From: Clostridiales bacterium
GTDB taxonomy: Bacteria; Bacillota; Clostridia; Christensenellales; UBA1242
Length of the DNA stretch: 64,000 nt
NCBI GenBank assembly: GCA_918262735.1
Contig: CAKJYJ010000005.1
Span: 139,538-203,537, forward strand
Direction of reading: 5' to 3'
Each line of letters starts with the position of its first letter. The first letter of the stretch is position 1. Below are positions 27,095 through 37,997 of this stretch, piece by piece. Both the position numbers and the translations under genes were made by a program. Under the pieces are notes generated by a model. It had not been told where the DNA came from, ran no database searches, and saw nothing but the letters and a program-made list of their open reading frames with translations.

Positions 27095-27847
27095 CTAATC
27101 CTCGCACAGAGTTGTTATTTCAACACCCTTTGAAGTTACGATGACTGTGTTTTCATAATGTGCAGAAGGTTTACCGTCTTGAGTATAAACACCCCAACCA
27201 TCTTCTTTAATAAAAACATATCGCTTGCCCATATTAATCATTGGCTCTATTGCCAAGCACATTCCGTCTTTAACTCTTATTCCTTGCGTTGGTAGTCCAA
27301 AGTTTGGAACTTCAGGGGCTTCGTGCATATCGTGCCCAATGCCATGGCCAACAAGTTCTCTAACAACAGAATACCCGTTTGTTTCAGCATGATTTTGAAT
27401 TGCAGAAGAAACTTCGCCGATTTTACAACCAACAGAAAGCTTTTTTATTCCCTCAAAAAAACACTGCTTTGTTACATCAATAAGTCTTGCCTTTTCGGCA
27501 TCAATTTTGCCAACCGCGAAAGTTCTTGCCGCATCTCCGTTATACCCGTTTATTATTGCACCAACATCAATGCTAATGATGTCTCCTTCTTTAAGTATTA
27601 CATCTTTTGATGGAATACCATGAACGACCATTTCATTAACGGAAGCACAAATGCTTGCTGGGTACCCGTCGTAATGCAAAAAAGACGGAATTGCACCTTT
27701 ACTAATTATAAACTTTTCTATCAATTTGTCAAGTTCAAATGTGGAAATATTAGGCTTAATTAAAGATTCTGCATATTTCAATGCCTCGCCAGTTATTCTG
27801 CCGGCAAGCCTCATACCTTCAAAATCTTCTTCTGTCCTACAAATCAT
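27095..27847 (-). CDS. map: Type I methionine aminopeptidase
   Basis: DIISIDVGAIINGYNGDAARTF, ELVGHGIGHDMHE and CLAIEPMI metal-ligand motifs. Confidence 0.96.
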   Translation of the reverse strand: MICRTEEDFEGMRLAGRITGEALKYAESLIKPNISTFELDKLIEKFIISKGAIPSFLHYDGYPASICASVNEMVVHGIPSKDVILKEGDIISIDVGAIINGYNGDAARTFAVGKIDAEKARLIDVTKQCFFEGIKKLSVGCKIGEVSSAIQNHAETNGYSVVRELVGHGIGHDMHEAPEVPNFGLPTQGIRVKDGMCLAIEPMINMGKRYVFIKEDGWGVYTQDGKPSAHYENTVIVTSKGVEITTLCED

Positions 27848-27868
27848 TTTTCCACCAACCTTATTTGA

Positions 27869-28489
27869 CTAAATATTTTTTATAATATGTTTAACTGTTT
27901 CTTGTGTTATTGAAAACTCTTTTGAATTATCCACAATTTTTAGTAAATTTAATGATTTATAATAATTAACTAATGGAGCTGTTTGTTTTTCATATTGTAG
28001 TAATCTATTTTCAATAACTTCTGGAACATCATCAACTCTTTGAATTAGTTCTCCCCCACATTTTTCGCAAGTTGGTTTTGAATAACTAAGAGTGCTATAA
28101 ACAGATGCGCAGTTAGAACAAACTCTTCTTGCCAATATTCTAGAAACAATTATATCTTTTGGAACATCTACAAGCAAAACTAAATCAATTTTTGTTAGAG
28201 TTGCAAGAGCATCTGCTTGAGCGATATTCCTTGGATAACCATCAAATATGAATCCGTTTTCACTACCTTTTTGTATTTCTGCCTTTAACATGTCCAAAAC
28301 AACATAATCTGGAGCAAACTCACCTTTATCTATAAATGTTTGAGCAATTTTCCCATATTCGGTTTGTTCTTTTATGTTTTTTCTAAGCAAATCACCAGTT
28401 GATATGTGTGTTAAATTAAACTCATTTTTGATGTAATCCGAAATGTACCCCTTTCCAGAACCTGGGGCTCCAAGCAAAATTATATTCAT
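27869..28489 (-). CDS. adk: Adenylate kinase (zinc-lid form)
   Basis: P-loop LLGAPGSGKG. The lid carries CSNC...CEKCGGELIQRVDD. Confidence 0.96.
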   Translation of the reverse strand: MNIILLGAPGSGKGYISDYIKNEFNLTHISTGDLLRKNIKEQTEYGKIAQTFIDKGEFAPDYVVLDMLKAEIQKGSENGFIFDGYPRNIAQADALATLTKIDLVLLVDVPKDIIVSRILARRVCSNCASVYSTLSYSKPTCEKCGGELIQRVDDVPEVIENRLLQYEKQTAPLVNYYKSLNLLKIVDNSKEFSITQETVKHIIKNI

Positions 28490-28559
28490 TACTTACCTCA
28501 TATTTTCACAACAAACGGTGCAAGCACTGCCGTTTGCACCATTTGATTGTAAATATTTA

Positions 28560-29855
28560 TTAATTCAAGAATCCCTTATAGTTTCTTGTTATTAATTGCG
28601 ATTCTAATTGTTTTTCAAATTCCAAAGCAACAGAAACAACAATCATCATTCCAGTTGCACTAAATGCACCAGTAAGACCGGTTAAATTTCCACCAACAAC
28701 AGTGAACACAACCGATGGAACCAAAGCAATAAATGCTAGGAAAATTGCACCAAATAGTGTTATTCTTTTTGATACTTTTGTTAGGAAATCCGTTGTTTCT
28801 CTTCCCGGTCTAACACCATTAATAAATCCGCCACCTTGTTGAATTCTTTTACTAATATCCTCTGGATTGAAGGTTATTTGTGCATAGAAATAACTAAAGA
28901 ATAAGATTAATAATGCAGTTAGAACAATATACAACCAAGTTCCAGCTCCAAGAATTTTATTGTACCCTTCGGCTGAATCTGGTGAAAAGAGTGTTATTAA
29001 CATGTATGGGAATGAAAGTATTGCATTTGCGAAAATGATTGGAATAACGCCAGAACCATTAACTCTAACTGGAATGCAGTTACTTTGACCGCCATATGTT
29101 TTTCTACCCTTAACCTGCTTTGCATATTGAACTGGAATTCTTCTTTCTGCACCATCAATAAATACAATTAATGCAAAAACAAGAATTACCGCAACTAAGA
29201 ATATTAGCAAATTCCACAAATAATCAATATTCGTTGAAATACCTGCCAATGCGTTTAGAATTGCAGTTCCCGCAGAAGAAAGAATACCAATAAATATTAG
29301 TAGAGATAAACCATTACCAACACCCGTTTCTGTTATCCTTTCGCCAAGCCAAACTGTGAACATTGCACCAGCAACCAATATGACTATTGTGAACAATGAA
29401 GCAAGTCCAGTTGTGCCTGCAGGCCAAAGCCTTGTATCAAACAACGCACCACTACCAAGCGATGCAGTTATTCCAACAGCTTGTGCAATTGCCAGAATTA
29501 AGGCTGCAAACCTTGTGTATAAATTAATTTTTTTACGTCCATCTTCACCAGACTTTGCAAGCTCATCTAACTTTGGGAATGCAACTTGAAGAAGCTGAAT
29601 AATGATGGAAGCGTTAATGTATGGGGATACACCTAACGCAAGAATTGACGCATTAGATAATGCGCCACCGCTTAGTGTACTTAATAGTCCTAAAAATCCG
29701 TTCTTATCTTCGGTTGCAGATTGAAATACCTCTCTTTGAAGACCCGGAATTGGTAACCAACAACCCAAACGGTATAGGAACAAAAGAAATAAAGTAATTA
29801 ATATTTTACGCCTTACTTCTTTTATCTTAAAAGCGTCAATTATTGTTTTGAACAT
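28560..29855 (-). CDS. secY: Preprotein translocase subunit SecY
   Basis: 431 aa, 10-TM pattern, LGVSPYINASIIIQLL. It sits between rplO and adk. Confidence 0.97.
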   Translation of the reverse strand: MFKTIIDAFKIKEVRRKILITLFLLFLYRLGCWLPIPGLQREVFQSATEDKNGFLGLLSTLSGGALSNASILALGVSPYINASIIIQLLQVAFPKLDELAKSGEDGRKKINLYTRFAALILAIAQAVGITASLGSGALFDTRLWPAGTTGLASLFTIVILVAGAMFTVWLGERITETGVGNGLSLLIFIGILSSAGTAILNALAGISTNIDYLWNLLIFLVAVILVFALIVFIDGAERRIPVQYAKQVKGRKTYGGQSNCIPVRVNGSGVIPIIFANAILSFPYMLITLFSPDSAEGYNKILGAGTWLYIVLTALLILFFSYFYAQITFNPEDISKRIQQGGGFINGVRPGRETTDFLTKVSKRITLFGAIFLAFIALVPSVVFTVVGGNLTGLTGAFSATGMMIVVSVALEFEKQLESQLITRNYKGFLN

Positions 29856-30301
29856 TAGATAACCTCAGTTTTTCCACCGACTTTTTCAATTTTTTCAACT
29901 GCACTCTTTGTGAATTTTGCAGCCTTTACTGTTAATGGTTTTGTAAGTTCGCCATCGCCTAAAACTTTTAGACCATATGGCATAATTTTACCAATAACTC
30001 TATATTCATATAAAAGTTCTTGTGTAATTTCTGTGTTTGCATCAAAAACTTCTAAATCGCCAACATTAACTGTTGCATATTGTTTTCTAAAGTTGTAGTT
30101 ATTGAAACCTCTGATTGGAACTTTACGAACAAGTGGGAGTTGTCCACCCTCAAATCCTGGGCGAACTCCGCCACCAGATCTTGCGTTTTGACCTTTATGG
30201 CCTTTACCGCTTGTTTTTCCAAGCCCACTTCCAAGACCTCTACCAACCCTGAAAGATTTACGATTTGAATTTTTTGCTGGAGAAAGTGTTTGTATATCCA
30301 T
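29855..30301 (-). CDS. rplO: 50S ribosomal protein L15
   Basis: Start re-set to [12 protein letters not shown] (ATG 30299-30301 behind AGGAGG). [19 protein letters not shown]. Confidence 0.95.
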   Translation of the reverse strand: MDIQTLSPAKNSNRKSFRVGRGLGSGLGKTSGKGHKGQNARSGGGVRPGFEGGQLPLVRKVPIRGFNNYNFRKQYATVNVGDLEVFDANTEITQELLYEYRVIGKIMPYGLKVLGDGELTKPLTVKAAKFTKSAVEKIEKVGGKTEVI

Positions 30302-30311
30302 TTTTTTCCTC

Positions 30312-30500
30312 CTATATTTCTTCCACAACAACCAAGTGTCTAACATGGAAAAGTGATCCACGAATAGCTTCGTTGTCTGGGAAGATTTTTGTTTGATTTA
30401 ATTTTGTAAAGCCTAAAGCCTCAAGAACTTTGGCTTGGTTTTTGTTATATCCGATTTTACTTTTAACGTAAGTTACTTTCAATTGTTTTACCTTTGCCAT
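30312..30500 (-). CDS. rpmD: 50S ribosomal protein L30
   Basis: 62 aa, [25 protein letters not shown]. Confidence 0.95.
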   Translation of the reverse strand: MAKVKQLKVTYVKSKIGYNKNQAKVLEALGFTKLNQTKIFPDNEAIRGSLFHVRHLVVVEEI

Positions 30501-30508
30501 AAGTCCTC

Positions 30509-31048
30509 CTATATTTCCTCAACCAAGAGTCCACGGCGAGCAGCAATTTCTTCTTTTGTTCTGAGTGATTTTAAGCCATTTAATGTTGCTCTAACAAGAT
30601 TGATTTTGTTTGATGAACCATGTCTTTTTGTAACAATGTCTTTAATTCCAACAAGTTCAATAATTGAACGAGCAGCACCACCTGCAATAACACCAGTACC
30701 AGTTTTAGCTGGAATAAGGTGAACGCTAGAAGCACCAAATTTTCCTATTGTTTCATGAGGAATTGTTGTTTCCGCAGTTGCAATTTTGAACATATTTCTC
30801 TTTGCATTTGCAGTTGCTTTATCAATTGCTGAAGGAACTTCACCAGCCTTACCGGTTCCAATTCCAACACTTCCTTTTCTATCGCCAACAACAACCATGG
30901 CGCTAAATCTCATTGTTCGACCACCTTTAACAACTTTAGTTACACGTCTAACGGCAACCAAAACTTTGTCAAATCCATCGTCTTCACGACGTTTTTCTTC
31001 TCTTTCTCTTCTTGGTCTTTCTTTTTTAACTTTTTCTAAATCTGCCAT
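30509..31048 (-). CDS. rpsE: 30S ribosomal protein S5
   Basis: [27 protein letters not shown] ... [15 protein letters not shown], with a basic/acidic N-terminal extension. Confidence 0.96.
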   Translation of the reverse strand: MADLEKVKKERPRREREEKRREDDGFDKVLVAVRRVTKVVKGGRTMRFSAMVVVGDRKGSVGIGTGKAGEVPSAIDKATANAKRNMFKIATAETTIPHETIGKFGASSVHLIPAKTGTGVIAGGAARSIIELVGIKDIVTKRHGSSNKINLVRATLNGLKSLRTKEEIAARRGLLVEEI

Positions 31049-31057
31049 GATTTCCTC

Positions 31058-31420
31058 CTAAAACTCAAGCCCAGCACTTCTTGCACCATCTGCAAGAGCC
31101 TGAACACGTCCTGTGTAAATGTAACCACCGCGATCAAAAACAACATTTTTAATACCTTTAGCAGTTGCAAGTTTACCGACTTTTTCTCCAACAAGCTTTG
31201 CTTGTTCGGTTTTAGTTTTTCCAGCCATATCTAAATCTTTATCAACAGAAGATGCAGCAACAAGTGTAACACCTTTTGTGTCATCTATAACTTGTGCATA
31301 AATGCTTGCGTTACTTCTGTAAACACAAAGTCTTGGACATTCGGTTGTTCCAGAAAGTTTATTTCTAACACGATTATGTCTTTTTACTCTATCTGTGTTC
31401 CTATCTCTTTTTGTAAACAT
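31058..31420 (-). CDS. rplR: 50S ribosomal protein L18
   Basis: [18 protein letters not shown] ... [27 protein letters not shown]. Confidence 0.96.
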   Translation of the reverse strand: MFTKRDRNTDRVKRHNRVRNKLSGTTECPRLCVYRSNASIYAQVIDDTKGVTLVAASSVDKDLDMAGKTKTEQAKLVGEKVGKLATAKGIKNVVFDRGGYIYTGRVQALADGARSAGLEF

Positions 31421-31431
31421 TTATTTATCTC

Positions 31432-31980
31432 CTATTTTTTGCCTTTACCGGCTGTTTTACCGACTTTTCTTATTACTACTTCATCACTATAGTGAACACC
31501 GTAGCCGTGATATGGTTCAACTCTTCTCAAATCTCTAACGTTTGATGCGAATTGACCAACTTTTTCTTTGTCTGCACCTGAAATTTTGATTTCTGTTGCA
31601 GATGGGCATTCAACCTTGATTCCATCAATAATATCAACTTCAATATCATTTGAATATCCAAGATTAAGAACTAATTTATTACCCTTAACATTTGCTTTAT
31701 AACCAACACCTGCAATTACTAATGTTTTTGAGAAGCCCTCTGAAACACCTTTAACCATATTTGCAATAAGTGCTCTATATAAGCCATGTTTTGCTTTTGT
31801 TTTATTTTCATCGTTTGCTCTAGTAAGCGAAACTTTTCCATTAGCAATATTAACAGTTATTAATCTATCAACTTCTTGTGTTAATTCGCCAAGAGGCCCT
31901 TTAACTGTAACAACATTGTTTGCAAGAGAAACGTTTACATTTGCAGGAACGATAATTTCTTTTCTACCAATTCTTGACAT
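31432..31980 (-). CDS. rplF: 50S ribosomal protein L6
   Basis: Start re-set to MSRIGRKEIIVP (ATG 31978-31980). ...RRVEPYHGYGVHY. Confidence 0.96.
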   Translation of the reverse strand: MSRIGRKEIIVPANVNVSLANNVVTVKGPLGELTQEVDRLITVNIANGKVSLTRANDENKTKAKHGLYRALIANMVKGVSEGFSKTLVIAGVGYKANVKGNKLVLNLGYSNDIEVDIIDGIKVECPSATEIKISGADKEKVGQFASNVRDLRRVEPYHGYGVHYSDEVVIRKVGKTAGKGKK

Positions 31981-31990
31981 AAATTTCCTC

Positions 31991-32389
31991 CTACCAAACA
32001 AATGCCATAACTTCGCCACCAACTCCAGCAGCGCGAGCTTGTTTGTCTGTTAATATACCTTTATTTGTTGAAACAATTGCAATTCCAAGACCAGAAATAA
32101 CTTGTGGAAGTTTGTCTTTTTGAGCATAAACCCTAAGACCTGGTTTGGAAATTCTTTTGATTCCTTGAATAACGCTATCACCATTTTCATCATATTTTAA
32201 TGTGATGATTATGTTTTTGTGACCGTTATCTTCTGTTACTTCACTACTTACAACATAACCCTCTTTAACAAGGATATTTGCAATTGTGATTTTTTCATTT
32301 GATGCAGGAACGCTAACGCTCGCAAGGTGTGCAGTTAAACCGTTACGGATACGAGTAAGCATATCTGCGATTGGATCTGTAAATACCAT
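31991..32389 (-). CDS. rpsH: 30S ribosomal protein S8
   Basis: Start re-set to [17 protein letters not shown] (ATG 32387-32389). C-terminal [11 protein letters not shown]. Confidence 0.96.
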   Translation of the reverse strand: MVFTDPIADMLTRIRNGLTAHLASVSVPASNEKITIANILVKEGYVVSSEVTEDNGHKNIIITLKYDENGDSVIQGIKRISKPGLRVYAQKDKLPQVISGLGIAIVSTNKGILTDKQARAAGVGGEVMAFVW

Positions 32390-32400
32390 TTTATTTCCTC

Positions 32401-32586
32401 CTACCAACTAGATTTCTTAACACCAGGAATTTCTCCCTTTGATGCTAATTCTCTAAAACAAATTCTGCATATCCCGTATTTTTTAAGAACTGCATGTGGA
32501 CGACCACAAAGCGAGCAACGAGTATATTCTCTTGTTGCAAATTTTTGTTTTCTTTTTTGTTTTTCTTTTAATGCTGTCTTTGCCAT
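32401..32586 (-). CDS. rpsZ: 30S ribosomal protein S14 type Z (zinc-binding, 61 aa)
   Basis: [23 protein letters not shown]. Confidence 0.96.
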   Translation of the reverse strand: MAKTALKEKQKRKQKFATREYTRCSLCGRPHAVLKKYGICRICFRELASKGEIPGVKKSSW

Positions 32587-32596
32587 TTAATCCACC

Positions 32597-33142
32597 TTAC
32601 TTTCTAAAAGGAATGCCTAAAGCACTAAGTAATGCTTTTGCTTCTTCGTCCGACTTTGCACTTGTAACGAATACTACATCTAATCCTCTTACTTTATCAA
32701 TTTTATCGTAAGAGATTTCTGGGAAGATAAGTTGTTCCTTAATTCCCATTGCATAATTGCCTTTTCCATCAAAAGCTTTATTTGAAACACCTTTAAAGTC
32801 ACGAACTCTAGGAAGTGCAATAGAAATAAGTCTATCTAAAAATTCATACATTCTGTTACCACGAAGTGTAACCTTTGCACCAATTTTCATTCCTTGTCTA
32901 ACCTTAAAGTTTGAAATAGCTTTCTTAGAGGTTGTTGCAACTGCCTTTTGACCAGCAATTGCAGTTAATTCGTCTAATGCGATTGCAAAAGATTTTGAAT
33001 TATCTTTAACCTCGCCAAGACCCATGTTCAAAACGATTTTTTCCAACTTTGGAACTTCGTTTACGTTTTTATAACCAAATTGTTCACGAAGAGCAGGAAC
33101 AACTGATTCTTTATACATAACGCTTAATCTTGCTTTCTCCAT
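32597..33142 (-). CDS. rplE: 50S ribosomal protein L5
   Basis: [10 protein letters not shown]..., [18 protein letters not shown]. Confidence 0.96.
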   Translation of the reverse strand: MEKARLSVMYKESVVPALREQFGYKNVNEVPKLEKIVLNMGLGEVKDNSKSFAIALDELTAIAGQKAVATTSKKAISNFKVRQGMKIGAKVTLRGNRMYEFLDRLISIALPRVRDFKGVSNKAFDGKGNYAMGIKEQLIFPEISYDKIDKVRGLDVVFVTSAKSDEEAKALLSALGIPFRK

Positions 33143-33147
33143 TATTC

Positions 33148-33537
33148 CTATTCTCCTTTAACTTCTTTTTTTGCTTTTGTTGCCTTTTTTGCTTCTTTTT
33201 TTACTTCTTTTGCAAATTCTTTATCTAAAGTTGCCCCACATTTTTTACATACACGAATATTCTTTCCGTTTAGTTCTTTATGTGCAACTCTTGTTGCTTT
33301 TCCGCAAGCTGGACAAACAACCATTACATTTGAAGCTTCAATTGGAGCAGATTTTTTAATAATTCCGCCCTTTTCTTGTTGAGATTTTGGTTTTTGGTGT
33401 TTTGTTACAACATTAACGCCATCAACAAGAACTTTTTGTGATTTAGGAGAAACTTCAACAACATCAGCAACTTTGCCTTTATCTTTACCGGTGATTACTA
33501 AAACTTTATCACCCTTTTTAACAAATGATTTTGTCAT
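33148..33537 (-). CDS. rplX: 50S ribosomal protein L24 with Cys4 insertion and K/E-rich C-terminal tail
   Basis: KOW start [17 protein letters not shown]. It then carries CPACG...CKKCG and ends [20 protein letters not shown]. Confidence 0.95.
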   Translation of the reverse strand: MTKSFVKKGDKVLVITGKDKGKVADVVEVSPKSQKVLVDGVNVVTKHQKPKSQQEKGGIIKKSAPIEASNVMVVCPACGKATRVAHKELNGKNIRVCKKCGATLDKEFAKEVKKEAKKATKAKKEVKGE

Positions 33538-33552
33538 CTTAATTCTCCTTTA

Positions 33553-33921
33553 TTATATAACTTCTGGTGCAAGTGAAATAATTTTCATATATCCCTTGTC
33601 ACGAAGTTCTCTTGCTATAGGTCCAAAGATACGTGTACCTTTTGGTTGACCCTGTTCATCAATAATAACTGCGGCATTGTCATCAAATCTAATATGAGAA
33701 CCATCTGGTCTTTGAAGACCTTTTGCGGTTCTAACAATAACAGCTTTAACAACATCACCTTTTTTAACGCTACCACCAGGGATAGCCGACTTAACAGAAG
33801 CAATTATAACATCGCCGATGTTACCACTTCTTCTGAATGAGCCACCAAGAACACGAATGCATCCAATAACTTTTGCACCTGTGTTGTCGGCAACTTTTAA
33901 TCGAGTTTGTGGTTGAACCAT
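33553..33921 (-). CDS. rplN: 50S ribosomal protein L14
   Basis: [17 protein letters not shown]... Confidence 0.97.
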   Translation of the reverse strand: MVQPQTRLKVADNTGAKVIGCIRVLGGSFRRSGNIGDVIIASVKSAIPGGSVKKGDVVKAVIVRTAKGLQRPDGSHIRFDDNAAVIIDEQGQPKGTRIFGPIARELRDKGYMKIISLAPEVI

Positions 33922-33934
33922 ATTAAATTACCTC

Positions 33935-34204
33935 CTACTTAGCCTTTTCAATTATTCTAACAACTCTGTGATATTTATCACGTGAGAGGTGTCTTGTTTC
34001 CATTATTTCAACAACATCACCAACTCCACACTCATTTTTTTCATCATGAGCTTTGAATTTTGTTGTTCTTTTAACGACTTTTTTATAAAGTGGGTGTTTT
34101 ACATTATCAACAATGGCAACTACAACTGTTTTATCCATTTTTCCAGCGCTGACAACTGTACCCTGTCTTGTAGGGCGGTTATTTCTTTCTAATTTATTTT
34201 CCAT
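33935..34204 (-). CDS. rpsQ: 30S ribosomal protein S17
   Basis: [19 protein letters not shown]...HPLYKK...KAHDE. Confidence 0.96.
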   Translation of the reverse strand: MENKLERNNRPTRQGTVVSAGKMDKTVVVAIVDNVKHPLYKKVVKRTTKFKAHDEKNECGVGDVVEIMETRHLSRDKYHRVVRIIEKAK

Positions 34205-34210
34205 ACTTAT

Positions 34211-34399
34211 CTACGCCTTCCTTTCTCTTAATATTGTGTTGATTTTTGCAATATCTTTTTTAATGTTGTGAAGTTGCATTGGGTTAGTTAAACTACCTGT
34301 TGCTTGTGCAAAACGAAGGTTGAATAATTCAGATTTTAATTCTTTAAGTTTTGCATTTAACTCTTCATCATTAAGAGCTCTAATTTCTGCTACTTTCAT
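34211..34399 (-). CDS. rpmC: 50S ribosomal protein L29
   Basis: 62 aa, ELNAKLKELKSELFNLRFQ-like helix pair. Confidence 0.95.
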   Translation of the reverse strand: MKVAEIRALNDEELNAKLKELKSELFNLRFAQATGSLTNPMQLHNIKKDIAKINTILRERKA

Positions 34400-34830
34400 T
34401 ATTCAGCTCCTCCTTCTTCAAAATCTGCTTTTTTAACAAATTTAACTTTGCAAGGAAGTTTGTGACCAGCAAGTCTTAATGCCTCACGAGCAATATCTTC
34501 TGTTACTAATGCAAGTTCGAATAAAACTCTGCCTGGTTTAACTTTTGCAACCCAGAACTCTGGTGAACCTTTACCTGAACCCATACGAGTTTCAGCCGGT
34601 TTTTTTGTTACTGGTGTATCTGGGAAAATACCAATCCAAACTTTACCACCACGTTTAATAAATCTTGTCATTGCAATACGAGCAGCCTCAATTTGATTTG
34701 ACTTAATTTGGCAAGGCTCCAAAGCAACAAGACCATACTCACCATAAGCAAGCTTATTTCCACGTGTTGCCTTACCAGTCATACGACCACGTTGAACACG
34801 TCTTCTTTTAACTCTTTTAGGCATTAACAT
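34399..34830 (-). CDS. rplP: 50S ribosomal protein L16
   Basis: [17 protein letters not shown]... Confidence 0.97.
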   Translation of the reverse strand: MLMPKRVKRRRVQRGRMTGKATRGNKLAYGEYGLVALEPCQIKSNQIEAARIAMTRFIKRGGKVWIGIFPDTPVTKKPAETRMGSGKGSPEFWVAKVKPGRVLFELALVTEDIAREALRLAGHKLPCKVKFVKKADFEEGGAE

Positions 34831-35497
34831 TTGGCTTGTCCTCCTTTACTTCTTCTGCTTTACCAAGGATATCGCCTTTATAAATCCAGCATTTAACACC
34901 AAGCTTACCATAGTTGGTGTATGCAGCCGTTGTTCCATAATCGATATCTGCACGGATTGTTTGAAGTGGTAATGAACCTTCCATATAGTGTTCGGTTCTA
35001 GCGATGGTGTTTGCACCATCAACAACACCACTTACTTGAACTTTACATCCTTTAGCACCAGCTTTCATAACTTTTTGAATAGCTTGTTTTAATGCTCTAC
35101 GGAATGTAACACGTTTTTCAAGTTGTGAAGCCACACCCTCTGCAACTAATTGTGCATCAAGATCAACCTTTTTGATTTCTTTAATGTTTACAACAAGGTT
35201 TTTTGTTGGGCTTACAAATTTCTTTAATTGTTTTTTGATTATTTCAACATTTGCACCTTTTTGTCCAATTAAAACTGCTGGACGACCAGTGTAAACGTTA
35301 ACAACCAATTTTTCTTTTGTCCTTTCAATAACAACTTTTGATATTGAAGCTTGGGCATATTCTTTTGTTAAGAATTTTCTAATTTTGTTATCTTCAAGAA
35401 GAAATTTAGCAAAGTCTTCTTTTCCAGCATACCAAGTAGAATCCCAAGGTTTGTTTATACCAATTCTCATTCCAATTGGACTAACTTTTTGTCCCAT
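34817..35497 (-). CDS. rpsC: 30S ribosomal protein S3
   Basis: [24 protein letters not shown]... Confidence 0.97.
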   Translation of the reverse strand: MGQKVSPIGMRIGINKPWDSTWYAGKEDFAKFLLEDNKIRKFLTKEYAQASISKVVIERTKEKLVVNVYTGRPAVLIGQKGANVEIIKKQLKKFVSPTKNLVVNIKEIKKVDLDAQLVAEGVASQLEKRVTFRRALKQAIQKVMKAGAKGCKVQVSGVVDGANTIARTEHYMEGSLPLQTIRADIDYGTTAAYTNYGKLGVKCWIYKGDILGKAEEVKEDKPNVNA

Positions 35498-35507
35498 ACT
35501 TTGCCTC

Positions 35508-35897
35508 CTATTCTTTTACAGTGTCAACATAAACTGTTATGTGACATGTTCTCTTTAATAATCTATTTGCTCTGCCTCTTGCTCTTATGTCTAAACGTTT
35601 AAGAGTTGGACCTGGGCAAACATAACATTCATCAACAATAAGATCCTCTTTAGCAAGTCCTTTGTTGTTTTCTGCGTTTGCAACAGCACTTTTTACAAGT
35701 TTTAAGCAAACTTCGGCAGCAGCTGTTGTTTGATTTGCAAGAATTGCCATTGCTTCTTCAACTTTTTTACCTCTGATTGTGTCAAGGGTAATTCTAACTT
35801 TTGAAGGGCTCATTCTAACATATTTTACGACTGCAAATGCTCTTGCATCTGCATTCTCTTTTCTTGTTTTTGCTTTTTCTCTAATTCTTGTTGCCAT
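35508..35897 (-). CDS. rplV: 50S ribosomal protein L22
   Basis: AVVKYVRMSPSKVRITLDTIRGK... Confidence 0.96.
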   Translation of the reverse strand: MATRIREKAKTRKENADARAFAVVKYVRMSPSKVRITLDTIRGKKVEEAMAILANQTTAAAEVCLKLVKSAVANAENNKGLAKEDLIVDECYVCPGPTLKRLDIRARGRANRLLKRTCHITVYVDTVKE

Positions 35898-35906
35898 AAG
35901 TTACCT

Positions 35907-36197
35907 CTACTTACCTGATTTTGCTGTTGTTGTCGACTTTTGACCTGCGTGTCCTTTGAAGGTTCTTGTTGGAGCAAATTCACCAAGTTTATGGCCAACC
36001 ATTTCTGATGTGCAATAAACTGGAATGTGCTTTTTGCCATTGTGAACGGCAAATGTAAATCCAACGAACTCAGGATATATTACTGAAGAACGTGACCAAG
36101 TTTTGATAGGTTTTTTATTACCGGTTTGGTTCATTTCTTCAACTCTTTTCAATAATTTAGAAAAAACATATGGTTTCTTCTTCAAACTTCTACTCAT
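35907..36197 (-). CDS. rpsS: 30S ribosomal protein S19
   Basis: [11 protein letters not shown]...[10 protein letters not shown]...[13 protein letters not shown]. Confidence 0.97.
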   Translation of the reverse strand: MSRSLKKKPYVFSKLLKRVEEMNQTGNKKPIKTWSRSSVIYPEFVGFTFAVHNGKKHIPVYCTSEMVGHKLGEFAPTRTFKGHAGQKSTTTAKSGK

Positions 36198-36212
36198 AAC
36201 TCACCGTTCTCC

Positions 36213-37037
36213 TTATTTAGCCCTCTTAACAATTAACTTGTTAGATGCCTTATTTGCTTTTCTTGTCTTATAACCAAGAGCTGGTTTACCCCATGGTGTT
36301 ACTGGTGAAGCCATACCAACTGGTGACTTACCTTCACCACCGCCGTGAGGGTGATCGTTAGGGTTCATAACAACACCACGAACCGATGGTCTTACGCCCA
36401 TATGACGTTTTCTACCAGCTTTTCCCAATGAAACAAGTTCATGGTCTGTGTTACCAACTGTTCCAACCGTTGCTCTACAGTTAAGTAAAACTTTTCTCAT
36501 TTCTCCGCTTGGAAGTCTTAATGTTGCATATTTGCCTTCTTTTGCCATTAAGCTGATTTCCATTCCAGCAGATCTTCCCATTTGTCCGCCTTTTCCAGCA
36601 GAAAGTTCAACATTGTGAACAACTGTACCAACAGGAATGTTTGCAAGTGGAAGTGCATTACCAACTTTGATTTCTGCCTCTTCCCCACTCATAACCGTGT
36701 CACCAACGTTTAAGCCAACAGGTGCTAAGATATATCTCTTTTCACCATCTGCATAATTTAGTAATGCAATGTATGCTGATCTATTTGGATCGTACTCAAT
36801 TGATGCAACCTTTGCTGGAACACCATCTTTATTTCTTTTAAAATCAATAATTCTGTATTTTCTTCTGTTTCCGCCACCTTTGTGTCTTGTGGTTATTCTG
36901 CCTTGTGAATTTCTTCCGGCAGTGCTATTCAAAGAAACAACAAGTGATCTTTCTGGAGTTTTTTTAGTTACTTCTTCGAAAGATGCAGTGCTGTATGCTC
37001 TTGAACCGGCAGATGTAGGTTTTCTATTTCTTACCAT
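36213..37037 (-). CDS. rplB: 50S ribosomal protein L2
   Basis: ...[15 protein letters not shown]...[13 protein letters not shown]. Confidence 0.97.
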   Translation of the reverse strand: MVRNRKPTSAGSRAYSTASFEEVTKKTPERSLVVSLNSTAGRNSQGRITTRHKGGGNRRKYRIIDFKRNKDGVPAKVASIEYDPNRSAYIALLNYADGEKRYILAPVGLNVGDTVMSGEEAEIKVGNALPLANIPVGTVVHNVELSAGKGGQMGRSAGMEISLMAKEGKYATLRLPSGEMRKVLLNCRATVGTVGNTDHELVSLGKAGRKRHMGVRPSVRGVVMNPNDHPHGGGEGKSPVGMASPVTPWGKPALGYKTRKANKASNKLIVKRAK

Positions 37038-37054
37038 AAATAACTAAACTCCTT

Positions 37055-37357
37055 TTATTGTAAACTATCGAAGAACGCAATAGTTTTTGAATCTTTTGTT
37101 AGGGTAACAACTGCTTTTTTGTAATCGCTAGTTTTACCAATTGTTCTTCCTTGTTTTGTGTTTTGGGCTTTTGTTCTACCCTTAACATTAATTGTGTTAA
37201 CTTTTTCAACTTTAACGCCAAAAATTTCTTCAACGGCTTTTCTTATTTCAACTTTGTTTGCGCCTTTTGCAACTTTGAAAGTGTAAACTTTATTTGCAAT
37301 TCCGCTATAACTCTTTTCTGTTAAAATAGGTTTAATAATAATATCATGTGTATTCAT
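37055..37357 (-). CDS. rplW: 50S ribosomal protein L23
   Basis: IIIKPILTEKS...FKVAKGANKVEIRKAVEEIFGVKV. Confidence 0.96.
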   Translation of the reverse strand: MNTHDIIIKPILTEKSYSGIANKVYTFKVAKGANKVEIRKAVEEIFGVKVEKVNTINVKGRTKAQNTKQGRTIGKTSDYKKAVVTLTKDSKTIAFFDSLQ

Positions 37358-37980
37358 TATTCTACGTAAGCCTCCTCAATAAATTTAACAGCGTCACGAG
37401 TTAAAACAACTTTATTGTTTTTAACAATGTCGCTAACATTCAAAAGATTTGCTGTTGTTACATCAACTCTTGCAATGTTGTTAGAAGCTCTTAAAACATC
37501 ATCATTCTTTTCTGGTAAAACCAAACATACGGTCTTATTAAAATTGAATGCATCTAAGAAATTTTGAACTTCTTTTGTTTTAACATTCTCTAATTTGAAT
37601 TCGTCTAAAATAACAACTTCGTTTTGAGCAAGTTTTTGAGAAAGTGCTGAAACAAATGCTGTACGTTTAGCCATTTTGTTTATCTTTTTAGAGAAATCTC
37701 TTGGCTTTGGAGCAAACACAACGCCACCACCAACGAATTGTGGACCTTTTGTTGAGCCCTGACGAGCGTGACCTGTATGTTTTTGCTTCCAAGGTTTCTT
37801 TGCATGTCCTCTTACTTCACTTCTTGTAAGAGTGCTTTTTGTTCCTTGACGAAGATTTGCATCTTGAGCAACAACAACCTGGTGAATTAATGCTTCGTTA
37901 TATTCGGCACCAAAAACCGCATCGTTAAGTTCAATTTCTGCAACTTCGTTATTTTGCATATTATAAACTTTTGCTTTCAT
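37357..37980 (-). CDS. rplD: 50S ribosomal protein L4
   Basis: ...KPWKQKHTGHARQGSTKGPQFVGGGVVF. Confidence 0.96.
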   Translation of the reverse strand: MKAKVYNMQNNEVAEIELNDAVFGAEYNEALIHQVVVAQDANLRQGTKSTLTRSEVRGHAKKPWKQKHTGHARQGSTKGPQFVGGGVVFAPKPRDFSKKINKMAKRTAFVSALSQKLAQNEVVILDEFKLENVKTKEVQNFLDAFNFNKTVCLVLPEKNDDVLRASNNIARVDVTTANLLNVSDIVKNNKVVLTRDAVKFIEEAYVE

Positions 37981-37997
37981 TACTTAATCCTCTACCC

